DNA of 60,949 bases, filler included, from Sanchytrium tribonematis (GCA_018985235.1; 6 parts of 6 records of this genome joined end to end with filler, not necessarily neighbours in it), one strand, 5' to 3'; positions 1 through 12,679 are shown, counted from the whole stretch's first letter. The notes: a model not told the origin generated them from the sequence alone. Program-made: numbers and translations.

Positions 1-159
1 CAAATCCCAAGGACCATCCAAATGTAAATGAAAGCCCACAAATAAAATTTAGTTATTAAAAAAACAAAACAGATTCGATGTGTCACAAAGTCAAAGTCAC
101 TTTCGACAAGGAAGCCATTGGATCCATATGTTCTTTAATCCATAAGTTATTTATTTATT

Positions 160-611
160 TCAATGTCCTCTTTTATGATCATTCTTCGCCACTTTGCAAC
201 TCGCTCCACTCATCGACATCAGGTGACGCTTTGAGCCCATCTGCGCTGAGCTTTTAACAGCAAACAAGCCAACAAAAAGGAGGATAAAGAAAAGCAAAAT
301 ATCCAAGTAGAAAAGGATTGGAAAGTGGCAATTGAAATGCGTTTTGATTCCATGAAAAGCTTCAATGAAAAGTCCAAGGATGAGAGTAAACATAAACCTA
401 GAGATATTATTAACTTGACCACTTTGGAAGAAATTGAGAAAAAAAAGTTGCAATTGAAGAAAAAAGACTGAAATTGGATGAAAAACGAATTTTGATTGAA
501 GAAAAAAAAGTGGAAGTAGATTTAAAGAATGCCATGATTAAAGAGCAAGAAAATGCAATGATGAGAGACATCTGGTTGTCATTTAAAAATGAAATATTTG
601 GAAATAAATAA
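160..611 (+). pseudogene. Decayed coiled-coil ORF, probably the accessory (Myb/SANT-type partner) ORF of a PIF/Harbinger element
   Basis: Frameshifted charged C-terminus ...EEKRLKLDEKRILIEEKKVEVDLKNAMIKEQENAMMRDIWLSFKNEIFGNK* ends at 611, tail-to-tail with the Harbinger transposase stop (613-615). Harbinger elements carry two ORFs. The start coordinate is approximate. Confidence 0.4.
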
Positions 612-612
612 A

Positions 613-1092
613 TTATTTATTTAAATAAGTATGAATTGATGGAACAGGAATATCAAATGCTTCAGATGTTTGATTATTTTAGTAGCATGATCTAATGTTT
701 GATAACAGCACTCCAGCAGTATACAATTTAGCCAATGGTTGTTTATATAATTTTAGAGTTTTGTAAAAATCAAGAAATGCCCAGTCCATTGCCACCTTAC
801 CAAATCCTCATTCTACACATATTTTGAATGATGACATGCATGTATTAAATAATGTCATTGCACTTGAAATTATGCTTCGACCCACTTAATAGGCTGGATT
901 CCCATATACAAATAAATTGTATTCACTAAACTGTTGTTGATATTGCTCTAGTTTTAATAGTAACCCTGATTCTTGCAAAATAGCGACATCATGCTTTTTG
1001 CCTTCAAAAACATCTGAAAGATGTACAATAATTCTATTCGAAAGAATACACGACTGATAATTTACTACATGGTGTCTTTTGTGTCCATTATA
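613..1092 (-). mobile_element. PIF/Harbinger (DDE_Tnp_4/HARBI1-like) transposase, C-terminal pseudogene fragment
   Basis: Translated through stops: YNGHKRHHVVNYQS...EGKKHDVAILQESGLL...YGNPAY*...FNTCMSSFKICVE*GFGKVAMDWAFLDFYKTLKLYKQPLAKLY...NQTSEAF. This matches the Harbinger GHK..HD..YGDPAY..VEWGFG..WAFLD pattern. It has three internal stops and is 5'-truncated at about 1092. Confidence 0.85.
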
Positions 1093-1622
1093 TGTTGGCA
1101 AACTAAACACTGCAGTGTGCGTAATTGAGACAAATGAGCATCTATTCATACTTAAAAGCTTCAACTTTTATCAAATAGACACATTAAACTGGGAATTTGT
1201 GTTGAATTTATTAGAAACTATAAAGGCAAAATATAGCGACGTAGATGCTTTTATTGTAGAGGTTAGCTAGCTTGTTGCAAAGGAAAATTAAATTACTCTT
1301 TATTATGCAACAATGTCATTCAATATTCGCTACCTTCTTATTTAAAAGGATCGAAGAAGCATGTTGTTGGTTGCAGTCCTTGTAGTCGCTATACATTTGG
1401 CAAGACCCTTTTACAACATTCTTGCAACCATAAAAAATACAATCGTGCTGCTGTTTATCAATAGACATATTTAAGAAACATTGGAGAGATAAAAGATTTC
1501 AATTTGGAGATAACGTATACAATGAATTGATACAATTGAATAAGATTGACGATGTGGCCGACTGTTATTTGATGGCATTATACTTTAATAAGTCAAACAA
1601 GTCATTTGTGGTTGTTGAATAA
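1091..1622 (+). pseudogene. RuvC-family Holliday junction resolvase pseudogene (poxvirus A22/NCLDV or Cce1/Ydc2-like)
   Basis: (D)VGKLNTAVCVIE ... DAFIVE ... QLNKIDDVADCYLMALYF: the DxGxxNxA / IVE / KxDDxAD catalytic motif order of A22/Ydc2-type resolvases. Stops and frameshifts are present. Confidence 0.65.
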
Positions 1623-1635
1623 ATATTTATTGCTT

Positions 1636-2775
1636 TTAACTGCTATTTGAATCACTCGCAAGTACAATGATATCCTGATGCTTTGATGGTCTACCAGTCT
1701 TTTTATTTAACCCACTACTTCTCACATATTCACATCCATCTCTTAACATCACTTTCCAAGTCTTGTTTTCATATTTTCTAATAAATTCATCATTTCCTAA
1801 ATGCTCTAATAAATTTCCCACTTTATACCATTCACACAATTTGTTATTAATTCTGGAATTGGAAATCAACCATTCCTTGCTTGTTTCTACAAATAAAATT
1901 TAGAAATACATACAATTGAGGATCGATATACCCATTCAGCATAGTTAATACGGCATTATGCCATTTTAGTAAAAAGACTCTTTTGAACTAAAGATAGATT
2001 TTACGTGATACTCCATTTTTCTTTATGTCAGTTTTTCTACTTATCAATTTTATTTGAATAAACTGCACTATTTGAGAGGGATCATCAGGATTTGCGGAAA
2101 TTCCAAATTTGACATTTTTCCACTTTAAATCACAAATTTTACCAAACCTGCTGCACAATTTAATGCCAAATGATATTAAGACTTGACTGTAAAATAGCAT
2201 TCCCTCTGAATGATCAAATAAACTAAAATCAAAAGTACAAACCGAGTATAAGTCACCTGGCAGTAATATATCGGATGCTTTTGATCTCTCACTATTTAAA
2301 TTGATCTTTTTGAGTAAGGATTTGCGGGTATTCTTACGTGGATAGAATCAAGTGGATTGGATGACATTCTCAAATTTAAATTTATGGGAGGTGTTTCAAA
2401 AATGTCTAAAATTGTTGCGATATCGTGCGGTTCATATTCTTTTGGCCATCCAGTGACAAGAAAAGTATTGTAATGATCTGCTAATGCTGACCAAGTGTTG
2501 TACCAATGACTTTCACTGTAATAAACTGTATTTGAATTATTTGCATCTGCAGGATGCTTTATTGCAGATTGATGTAAATATTGTGCTATTAATATTGGAT
2601 GATGACTTGTTATTATGTCTAATGAGTAACCTGCATCTTCAATAAACTCAATAAATCCATCTAATCGGGCCTTATAAAGCTTAGTAGTTCCAATTTGCTT
2701 TTATTCTGTTGTAATTTGTATTTGCTGTGTCAAATCAATCGATTTGATAGTAGTAGTAGTTGGAAAATTATTCAT
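1636..2775 (-). mobile_element. Degenerate tyrosine recombinase (Crypton/DIRS-type YR element remnant)
   Basis: Fragments TTKLYKARLDGFIEFIE (N-terminal SAM-like), CSRFGKICDLKWKNVKF (box I R..E..L motif), IKLISRKTD (catalytic Lys strand) and YVF...INNKLCEW. The H-x-x-R/Y region was not found. Many stops. Confidence 0.65.
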
Positions 2776-3003
2776 GTTTACAGGAGATCCCCTAAAAGAG
2801 AAAAAAAGCTGATATTGTTAAAAGAGCTGAAAATATGATTGGCCAAAAATATCAGCTGGATGCCATAATGTGAAATAATAAAGCATTGTTTCAATCAGCT
2901 GATAATATTTCTTTAATATATTGGTGACTCAATAAAAGGTATCCGCACTAAATACATGCAGCCCATTTGCAATTTAAATAAAGAATCATTGTTATTTCCC
3001 CAT

Positions 3004-4370
3004 TACGGAAATCAACACAAAATCTCCATTTCCCATTGGGTTTAAGAACCATCACGATAGGACTTGCAAATGCTGAGCTAGAAGCACCATGACTTCATTC
3101 TCAATCATATAATCAATTTCTTTTTGATTTACTTCCTTCTGAGCTTTAGATGCTCAATACTATTTTTGTCTAAAGGGTTCACTTTTAAACTTGATTGAAT
3201 GCTTAAAATTTTCCAGTAACAAAAAGAATCTGGCCTTAAGATCAGCGCCTAGTTCCAATCACATGTTAAAAAGTTTATAAGAAAGCTCTGATTCTTCAAA
3301 ATCAGGACCAAAGTTCATGTCTTCAGCACTTTCCTCGACCGGAATAAATCTCTAATCATTCGTGTCACTTGTACGTGAATTAAACTTGTCAATTTTATAT
3401 TTGAAACCTTGTATAACATCCAAGCTATTCAAAAGAATCTTAAATTCTATTTTACTTCGATTAGCAGATATGAAATATCCATCTACCCAGACTAATCCCT
3501 GAGGGACTTCATCTTTAATATTCAATGCAGTCATGCCTTCTCGATTAATAATGCATTGATATGTTAACTGAGTGGTGACTAAGAATTTTAGATTATAAGT
3601 CTTTTCAATGCCAAAGTCAATATCAAGCTTAATCTGCCCAATGACTTTCATTGTATTTCCATTAGGAACCACTATATCAGAACAGTCTATTCGTTCTAAG
3701 TTTGTAAAATTATTATCAAGTGCAAACTGCTCTGAAAAAAGGTTAGGAATAGGCTGTTGCTTCACTATTGTTCAATTTAACTTGAACTTCGAGCAGTCTC
3801 TGCTCGACAGAATACGGTTCAACTGGTTTATTTGAAAACGTGAATGTGTTAAGTATGCTAATTTTCTTAGGGCAGTCTCGGCTAAAATGACCTAATTTTC
3901 ACATCTAAAGCACTGAGCTTTAAACTTATCAGGATTTTCTCTGTTCTTGTCATTTCCAGTATTGGCGCCTTTGTCATATTGATCGTATTTATATCTCTTT
4001 TGAATTCTGGTCGATCATAAGACTTTCTCTTACGTGGTGCCATATTTCCTTCCATTGATCCCAATGGTCCACCATTATAGCTTTCCAACTTTGAGGCGTG
4101 TGACGCAATTGTCTTAGGCTCAAAGCCTGCCAAATCCTTGTTATTAAAGACACCTTTTTCTTTCTTTTCTTTAAAATCTTTTAAAATGATGTTTTCAACT
4201 TTGATAATCTGGAGAGCCCACCGAAGGCTTATAACTCGAGATTCTTTCTTTTCTTCTGGTGGCAAATTTTGAATTTTCAAATATCTCATATCTACAATAA
4301 CTTCCGGCATTATGAGGGACCGATGTGTTGTACACAGGGTTATTGCAAGACTTCTTTCATTCGGATACAT
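3004..4370 (-). mobile_element. Ty3/Gypsy LTR retrotransposon gag-pol remnant
   Basis: Gag zinc knuckle CFRC..GHFSRDC (with a frameshift, about 3870-3915); retropepsin-like VVPNGNTMKVIGQIKLDI...FLVTTQLTYQCII; pre-RT EPFRQK*Y*AS...EIDYMIENEV; RT start SAFASPIVMVLKPNGKWRFCVDFR, truncated at about 3004. Confidence 0.9.
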
Positions 4371-4776
4371 TTGCAGTAGAATTGCTTAATTGCAGATTGT
4401 TTAAAAATGATTTGAAATATACAAGTTCATGAACCGTGTCTTGTTGGTGAAAGACTTAGCATATTATCAAAAGTAGGTGACAAAATGGCAATAAACTCAT
4501 TGTAAGTACCAAAATCTCCAAATCATTGTCTTCAGAATGAGAGCTGTGAAATTCAGTTAGTTGGCTTAATAAAACATTGATATTTATAATTCGACGGCCT
4601 CTTTTTGTGATAATTTTTTAAGTATAAATTCTAAAATGATAATTCTGACAAAACAGTTCAATAAGTAACCGATTAATTTCCAAAAAGTTAGATTATCCAG
4701 TGTAGGCACAACCACAGTTGCTTAGTTTAAAGTTATTTTTAGACTTCCATGCGAAATTATAATTCCAAACTATTTC

Positions 4777-6740
4777 TTGATAACTTCCGAGTTCGAAGCC
4801 CTACAAAATAATCCTTTATATGCAAATTATGTTTTTTCAATAGAAACTTTGGACTTTATTTACAAAATGAATCTAATCAGAAATTATTTGGAGGAAAATC
4901 GGGCCAAATTTTCTCGGAACCCATTGACCATAACATATCATGAGAAATTATTCAGAATGGAGTCAAAGAAGTAATTTTGCTTTTCAAATATTGAAGCTCA
5001 TTAGTTCCCAAATCTGTACCCCATAGGCAGAAATACACTTGAAAACAATTTTTCAGGAAGGGCAAAAGTGTTAAATCCCAATTATTCGATAAATACGGGC
5101 GTTTCGTGAATGTGATGATTGTATTTTTTTCATTTTGACTATTTAGAAACATATCGTATTACCTAACATTATGCAAAACAGTTGGGAAACAATACTTCCA
5201 ATTTGACTGTTAATGATGTTTTACAAGAATCTAAGAAAATCCAGCTCTTTTTTTCAGACAAGCTAAAATGGGTCTTTTTGCTATGGATAATACTTTCGGG
5301 TTCCGCATTTGTTTGTCACTTTTTCCTGCTCTGAGCAAACTTGGCCTGATTTAGAAAAATACTTGCTTAGGTTTGGGAAAAAACCAGATGGAAAGGAAAC
5401 TATTTTCACCGCTAATCCAGTATTATTAAATCATTACTGCTATGAAAGATTACAAAGAATGTTTAAATAATCCTTGAATTTGGTTACACGAACAAGTCAA
5501 TTTACCAATACTTTCAAAGATTTAAATTTCAAAAACGCGGAACTGTTCATATGCATATGTTGTTATGGTTGGAAAAATGTAGAGGTCCCCCATGATATTC
5601 CGAATGGTATACGGGCTGATATTCCATCTTTTAAAGAACACCAGGAAAAACATTTGTTTTACGGTATCATCAATACCACAGTTGTTCCAATTATTAATTA
5701 GGTACTTCTCGGAAATGTCGATTTAATTTTAAAGGAAAAATAATTAAAAAAACGATTTTTGATCCGAGAGTTGCAAGATATAGCATTAAAAGGCAAACTG
5801 AAGATGTAAATGTAAATGATTACCATGCAAAAGTGGAAAAGTAATATGGATATCAAACTGGTTTGTAATGACCTTATTTGTAATTATATAACAAAATATT
5901 GCACAAAAGCAGATCTTCAAGGACTGCTGGAAGTTAAAGAAAATGAAATTGCAAAATATATAAGTACCCGTGATTACTCTGTCTATGAGATTAGTCATTA
6001 TTTATCTAGAATGTGATTACAAAATTTTCAACTAAAGTTATTAAGATTTCTGTGAAAGTTTAATAGACAAGAGATATATAAAGCGACCTAAAGAATGCGA
6101 ACGTCTGAAGAAACAGAATTATGAAGAGATGGATAATTACTGCCAGATTATTACAGAAAATATGAAAAAGTTAACGCAAAGAAGATAAATCTGAAAAGTA
6201 TTGGAAGAATGATATTTTGAATTTTCAATGAAACGCTCTAAGAAAAATAATTCTCCCACTTCGTTAAAATCTAGAAAGATCGCTTATTTGAAAATTCAAA
6301 ATATCATATAATTAGTGGTGGAACAGGAAACTCTTTTTTGATGAAATAATCATTGAAGGGTCTAAAGCCTTAAATCTTAAAGCAGAAATAACAGCAAGTA
6401 CTGTGATAGCTGGATTTTTGATTGATGAAGCGACTGTACATTCAAAACTCAAGTTGCGATATCATGAAACAAAAGAAAAATGTGAGACTTTAGATTTTAA
6501 TGAAAAATCAAATCCTGTTCCTTTAAAAATGGACATGTTGCAATTATTTCAGTACATCAAATAATGCAGCGCCAAATGTTTCAAAACTGCAAAGTTCTAC
6601 TATCCGGAGATCCTAAACAGGTACCTCTTCTGTAAACGAAGATGTACTACACCTCGGATTTGGATAATTGCGAATGTTTCAAACTTTTCACAATTTAATA
6701 ATTTTTTGATTGTCTTTAACCCAATAAGGTAGCATGAAAA
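4777..6740 (+). mobile_element. Helitron Rep/Pif1-helicase remnant
   Basis: Rep-like FVTFSCSEQTWPDL, WKSNMDIKLV..NYITKYCTK..TRDYSVYEISHYL; Pif1-like eroded Walker A IISGGTGNSFLM, TASTVIAGFLIDEATVHSKL and LLSGDPKQVP. Heavily fragmented. Confidence 0.8.
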
Positions 6741-7899
6741 TGAAACTCTCCTCGTAATTCTCTTCAAAATTACTATTTATTTTGACTCCAAATTGATCTA
6801 ATAACCATGAGTGAGATGATCAAAACATAACAAACAATACGCTGTCAACAACAATATGGGAAGTGATTTGACACATAGTTGATGTTGATTCTTGATTGGT
6901 TCCCCCTTGTTTTAGAGTCGAAATATTATTGGGTCTCAGATCCTTTGTAATACTTGAGATTACATAAATAGAAGCTGATCCCCAGAAAACAACGAAGACA
7001 GACTATGAATAAAAACTTTATTATATCTCCCTCAAACACAAATAACTCATCCCCTCTGGGTGATGATGTTAACATACGCAACAGTTCGATCATTTTCCAC
7101 TTCGTAGTATGCACGCATACAATCCAAATAATATTTCTTTTTACAAAATGTGTGTATTTTTCGGGTTAATTTAAAATATTCAAAAAACACAATTGTAGAG
7201 CAGAAACAGATTCTGAACTAACTTATCTTGTTTACAATTTTTACAACATTGACCCGAATAGGAAAACAAGAATATTGGAATCGATGTTTTGCATTCTATC
7301 GTCGTTGGTAATCTGAGACACTTTTGGTAATCTCTACAACTTTATGTTGTAATTAGTCATGTGAAATCATCTTCTGATATAAAACTTCTTCGCGAGGAAC
7401 AATTTCCCGAAAGATATAATGAATCTCATTTGAAGTTCACGGATCGGGTTTTTAATATTTAATAATAAACTTTAAGAAATTGTTATATTGCGATGGGTCC
7501 GATCATATATGTTGTCTAGAGTTTGCAGTCGTTGACATAAGATATTTATTTGGAGAATGACCTCTTTATATGTATTTTAGTCCTTCTCTTGATTGGTCCC
7601 CTTATATATCACAAATCTTTGTAATATATAAAAGCCAATCATAAATCCCTCAAACTCGCCTCGTGAACCCCTTGGGTCTACAGGGTCAAAACTGCTCCCG
7701 TTGGAGTCTGACCCTAATATTGAGACCATATAAATATTAATAGTAATTTGTCAGAAGTTTACATTAAAAAAATTTTGAATATTTAAATGAAGATGATGTA
7801 TTATCACTGAAAAAATGCAACTCTAAATACAGTACAAAAAACCATTAGGAAAAGTAGATTTGCAAATTGCAAAATTTATATCTAATTTAAATTATTTAA

Positions 7900-8900
7900 G
7901 CATTTACTGATCAAAAACTACGCATTTATCTCGGGATCATTATTATTGCAAGTAATATTGAAAACCAAATTTCTGGGTATTACTGATACGGACAAAAGTG
8001 CTCCAAAAAACTGGCAAAAGTTTCGAAAATATTATCGAATGTCATGTAAATTTTGAGAATTACATTGTTTTTGAGTATTTTAGCGACTAGACAATCATGA
8101 CCAGAAAAAAAGTAGAGTTGATCAAATATTAGCTTGATACAATCAGGCCATTGTCTCAGTACTTGTATTAAGAAGAATTATGCCTTGTCATGTTCGCAAA
8201 TCTGGTATGATGGAACTAAAATATCCTCTCCCCATTTACCAATAAGTCTTGGAAAAATTGCGATTTTTGTGGTTAACTTTCACTGCCTGATTGCCGTTAC
8301 AACGATTGGGCTGCTCAAACAAACACAAGTTTAAATAAATCACAAATTAAAGAGATCCAATAGCTATCGAACTACAAATTTACTTGCCCCAATAAAGTTT
8401 CGCATTGAACATTTGTGCAATATTAGATGATTGGGCAATACAAAAGTTTTGTGCAAGGATTTTTGGATATTTAAACAGTAAAACAACAACTTTAAAAATG
8501 GTAAGCTTCATCACTATCAATGGCCGACTCACTGAAGATCCAATTGAAAAAATATTTAAAACGCTCAAGGAAGAAAAAAGAGTAAGGAGTATTGCAAGTA
8601 ACAATTACATTGGTAGAAAAAACCCGTTTTTTCAAGTAACGTTATGGAAACTACTTGTAGATCGTTTAAAAAAACTTTGAAAAAAGGATCATGCGTGGCA
8701 GTGAATAGACAATATTATCAAACAAAACATTTTTCATAAGATGGCCAAGAAAAAACTGCAAATTCTGTAATTTGCATTCAACTTGCCTTCCAGTTTGCGA
8801 ACATCCAGCCGAAATGACCGAAGAAAGTAAAGTGTTGGATGACAATGATTTGGAATTGTCATCAGACAAAAACAAATTGGAAGCCGAAGATTTAAGAAAT
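7900..8900 (+). mobile_element. Possible CACTA/Plavaka-like transposase remnant
   Basis: Weak frameshifted resemblance (IKFRIEHLCNIR*LG...RIFGYLNS...) to the KxHxxxHxxxxIRxFG..FESFN motif. Boundaries approximate. Confidence 0.25.
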
Positions 8901-10180
8901 AAGATGACAAAAACAAAAATAAATTAAAATTTTATCAAATTCATTTATTAAAACTTTTTTCTTAAATTTTTGTTTTCCAATTTCAACTAATAAAGTCGCA
9001 AGCAGCTTTTGTATGACAGACATTTTCCAAATACTCATATGTAAATTTCATTTGAATTTCCCAAAAACAACGCAATTTTACTCTGCTCCCTTAAGTAAAG
9101 TAAAGTTGTTCACATTTGCGACATAAAATTCTTGTTTTGTTTCCTCACGAGCTAAATATCATCAATCTGAGATTTCATTTTTTCCAACTCGTATTCAAAC
9201 TGGTGGCGCTCGTTTGATGACCAATTATCATCTGCAATTTTTCGTCTTTGTTTATCGAAAAGTAATGTAATGCCATGTTCCAAGTCGTTTCGTTGATCAC
9301 TTCGTTCAACTTTAAGACTTTCGTAATTTGACATATTTAATATTCTTCTTTTTGTCTGATGAGAGGTCATTGGTTTCTTTGCTGGTTGGGACATAATGCA
9401 AAATGTAGATTAGAAATTAAAAATATTTTTGACCAATTAACAACCGTTGAATTACCATTAGCCAATCAATTGTAAGTAAAACAAATTAAAAAATAACATT
9501 TTCCCTTTGAAATTAAAAATAAAGCGGATTGCTTGATTCGAAAGAGTCCCTTATCATCCATTGTGTGATTCGAAAAAGGCCCTTGGAAAATCTTTATCGT
9601 TTTAAAGAATGTTCGTGCAAAAGAAATAATAAATTATATTGATTTTATTTGTTCGAATGTGCCAAGTCCGACTGATAGGAAGAGGCTTTTGCTAGTTTTA
9701 CTGTCATTTTTCCCCTTTGTGCAACCTGAGATTTCACCCCTCAAAAAAAATGTTACTGGCAGTTGTTGACAGAATACCTACTTATTTCTGTTTAAAGTAG
9801 ATAATATAGTTCACTTATTAGATTTCCGACAGTCTTCATTCCCAAATTTCAAAGTCTCATCCAATTTGGCAACTTTAAAACAATTTTTAAATGTAGACGT
9901 TATAATAGTGGAAGAGCAACTACAGCCATCATTTGCAAGTCTAATATTAATATAAATGCCAACAATACGATATTTGGATCCATTTTTGGACATTCAATTG
10001 GATTAAAGATTTATTTATACGGAAGCGACCCAAATATCCGCTGCCAATTTACTTTAAAGTGTATAAATCATTGCTGTCGCATCCAACACGATAAATCAAA
10101 GCGTGATTGGATGTTATTTAAATCAAAATGATCTAATTAATCTAGTCAATTCAAAACAAGATCCAAGTCCTCAAATAAGG

Positions 10181-10280
10181 NNNNNNNNNNNNNNNNNNNN
10201 NNNNNNNNNNNNNNNNNNNNNNNNTTAATTAATTAANNNNNNNNNNNNNNNNNNNNNNNNNNNNNNNNNNNNNNNNNNNN
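10181..10280. other. Artificial contig spacer N44-TTAATTAATTAA-N44
   Basis: Six-frame stop linker between N runs; the same spacer occurs five times. Confidence 0.99.
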
Positions 10281-11216
10281 ACGATGAAAACAAGGGAAGT
10301 TTGTATAGGATTGCATTTGAGCAAGTTCCATCACTAGTTGCAAAAAGGCAAATCCAGTTAGAAAATGGGTTTGCATTCGTACCTGCTATGCAGGTTGTAG
10401 AATTTGCAAAAGAGCTTTTTAGAATGGAGTTGGTTAAAAATATTGAGGTTTCTCGAAAAGTTATCAATTGTTTTGAAGATGACCCAAGAATGAATCAAAT
10501 ATTAAAGATGTTTTCCAATTGTCACATTGAAAGCACTAGCAACACTGCGCTTTTAGATTTTTCGAGTGGATTGAATGTGCAGGTGGCTGAAGATATCAAA
10601 AAGTCAAAGCATTTGTTCCCACCTTGTATGGCAAGTTTGCAAGATCACCTTGAACAAAAGGCTCATCTTAAACATGGTGGAAGAATGCAGTACGGTTTGT
10701 TCTTAAAATCTCTGGGACTTCCTGTGCAGGAATCACTAAAATTTTGGAGGAAATCGTTTAAAAATATAACAGACGATGTATTTAACAAACAATATTCATA
10801 TAACATTAGGCACAATTACGGTCTCGAGGGAAAAAAAGCGGACTACAAGGCATACAAGTAATTTTACTTCACTTAGCTGCTCCAAAATTATAACAGCAAA
10901 TCAACCAGGAAGCTCAGATAACCATGGCTGTCCCTTTAAGCATTATGGAAAAGAGTCTCTTAGAAACGCTTTGACAGGCTCTTCATGGGGTATAAATCGC
11001 ATGGGAAGTTTTTTTGATCAAAAAAGAGTGGCTGAGGCTAGAGAAAAGGTTGGAGATATTGTCAAATTGGCGGCTGACCAACATCATCAAATAGCCTGCT
11101 CAAAATGGATGGAGTCTGTCATATATGTTCAGAGCGGTCAACATGTAGAAGTTGCTCCTGTTGATCATCCAAATGGGTATGCTTGTACAATTGCTGGAAT
11201 TGTAAATAACGATTAG
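10281..11216 (+). CDS. PRI2: DNA primase large subunit, 5'-partial; join(<10281..10857,10877..11216)
   Basis: FPPCM..HLKHGGRMQYGLFLKSLGL..YNIRHNYGLEGKKADY and CSKII..HGCPF..QIAC..HPN. Removing the 19-nt intron joins them as DYKAYNCSKII. Confidence 0.95.
10858..10876 (+). other. 19-nt spliceosomal intron GTAATTTTACTTCACTTAG
   Basis: GT..AG, contains the in-frame TAA. Its removal restores frame and the conserved DYxxYxCxKII spacing of primase. Confidence 0.88.
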
Positions 11217-11241
11217 TAAATTAAATATCATTAATTTATAT

Positions 11242-12622
11242 TTATTTGCCAATGTCTATGAGAGGATTCATAAATACCCCAATTCCTTTTCCTCTTTTCA
11301 AAAGTTCCTGTATTACAACTACACTCTGCCTATAGATTGACTCTAATTGAGGTATTCCCGGACGTCCAGTATGCACTAAATTATTTATAAATACTGAGAA
11401 TGGCACTATTAAGCTCATCTGCCAACACTCGCCTCTGTGAGTCGTCCATAAGATGCGAGACCGAAGATTTTCTGGGATCGTCATAGGCGACAAGAGAAAA
11501 AGTCTCCACTAATTTTTGCTGGAAATCTTCCTTTTGAATATTTCTATATATGTTTTGAAGTTCTTGGCCGTAGAGCAGGGTATTTTGGAGCATACTATCA
11601 AATTCTGATGCTTGACCATTTACTTTCAAATCTAACATGATTTTCACCATTTCAACAAATTTCCTACATTTTAATTTGAAAGTAATGTCCTCATTTTTTT
11701 CAAATAATCCTGGAAACATTCTATTTGTGGAATCAAATACACTATCTATATCACCGCTAGTAACCAATAGTCGAATTTGATGACGATTTTTAATGTCAGT
11801 CAAGGTATCATTATCGAATGCCAAATTTTGGGTCCTCCTAACGTTTTGAGAAAAAACGGACGCAGTTCCACTGTATCCGTGATGAATCAGATAAGAGAGA
11901 ATTAGTTCGTTTAAGACACTTTTTAGAAATGCATCGCCATATGATGAAGGAGGAGTTCCAGGGAGTTTTGAATTCATAATTTTATCCCAAGTTTTTGCTT
12001 TTTCTTCAAACATTAGGCTGTCGATGTCAAATTTGAAGGGCCTTTGGCCAAAATTTGCAGTGACTTTCTCACCAGGAGTACGAAGTCCTACGCAAGGATA
12101 TAGATTTTTGGGAAAATTTTCTTTTCCAAGATTGGGTAGCGGTAAATCTTTAAAAGCAACACCCAAATGAACCCCATTTTTGGTATAAAAGGCGTAATTA
12201 TCTATGAAATGAATTCCACAACCAACAACATCTCCGGTGGTAAATGTTGGTCCATAAGGTTTGCCATTCCCAGTACAAGCAAATATATTGCCGTCATCAC
12301 CATGTAATCCCCAGCTGTAATTCTCCCAGCCTGGAAGTCTGTTTAAGCTTACAGTCTCTGTACAAAATCCCACTCCTATATAACCATCTCGTCCTTTGCT
12401 TACAATTTCTAATTCATAGTAGTAAATGCCACTGCATAATGGAATTGGTAGATTCGAGCGAATGCTGGCAGCATCTGTGTCGCTTTTTCCAGTCCCAACA
12501 TAATTAACAACTCCATCTTGAACTTCTAGCAAAGAGCACTTATCTTTGGGATTCCATTGGGTAGGGAATTTAGTAGTCGGATCGATTAAGGAATTTTGTA
12601 AATAACTTGGCAACAGTTGCAT
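11242..12622 (-). CDS. RanBP9/10 (RanBPM, Gid1-like) SPRY-LisH-CTLH-CRA protein; join(11242..11375,11395..12622), 453 aa
   Basis: SPRY (YYYELEIVSKGRDGYIGVG..LPGWE..GLHGDDG), LisH (LILSYLIHHGY), CTLH, and CRA completed after splicing as LNSAILMHTGRPGIPQLESIYRQ. Confidence 0.93.
11376..11394 (-). other. 19-nt spliceosomal intron GTATTTATAAATAATTTAG
   Basis: GT..AG on the minus strand, contains the in-frame TAA. Splicing joins the two overlapping ORFs into a complete CRA domain. Confidence 0.88.
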
Positions 12623-12679
12623 TTTCCCAAAGATTGTTGAAACGTGGAGATTTATTGATTCAAATTAAATATCTTAAGT

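Noticed and set aside
886..1164. 92-aa ORF as an intact gene
   Set aside because: Chimeric: the first 24 residues are antisense to the resolvase fragment and the rest is a transposase pseudogene.
1887..1913. 27-nt GTATGT...TGTAG intron-like stretch on the minus strand
   Set aside because: It reads through as YVFLNF, resembling the YVFP motif of tyrosine recombinases, so it is more likely decayed coding sequence.
9000..10180. Fragmentary ORFs at the end of contig 1
   Set aside because: No motif I can assign reliably; probably further decayed element sequence.
10225..10236. TTAATTAATTAA palindrome repeated about every 10.2 kb
   Set aside because: Artificial six-frame stop linker inside N runs. 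Contigs are sorted by length (10180, 10101, 10065, 10051, 10039, 10013).
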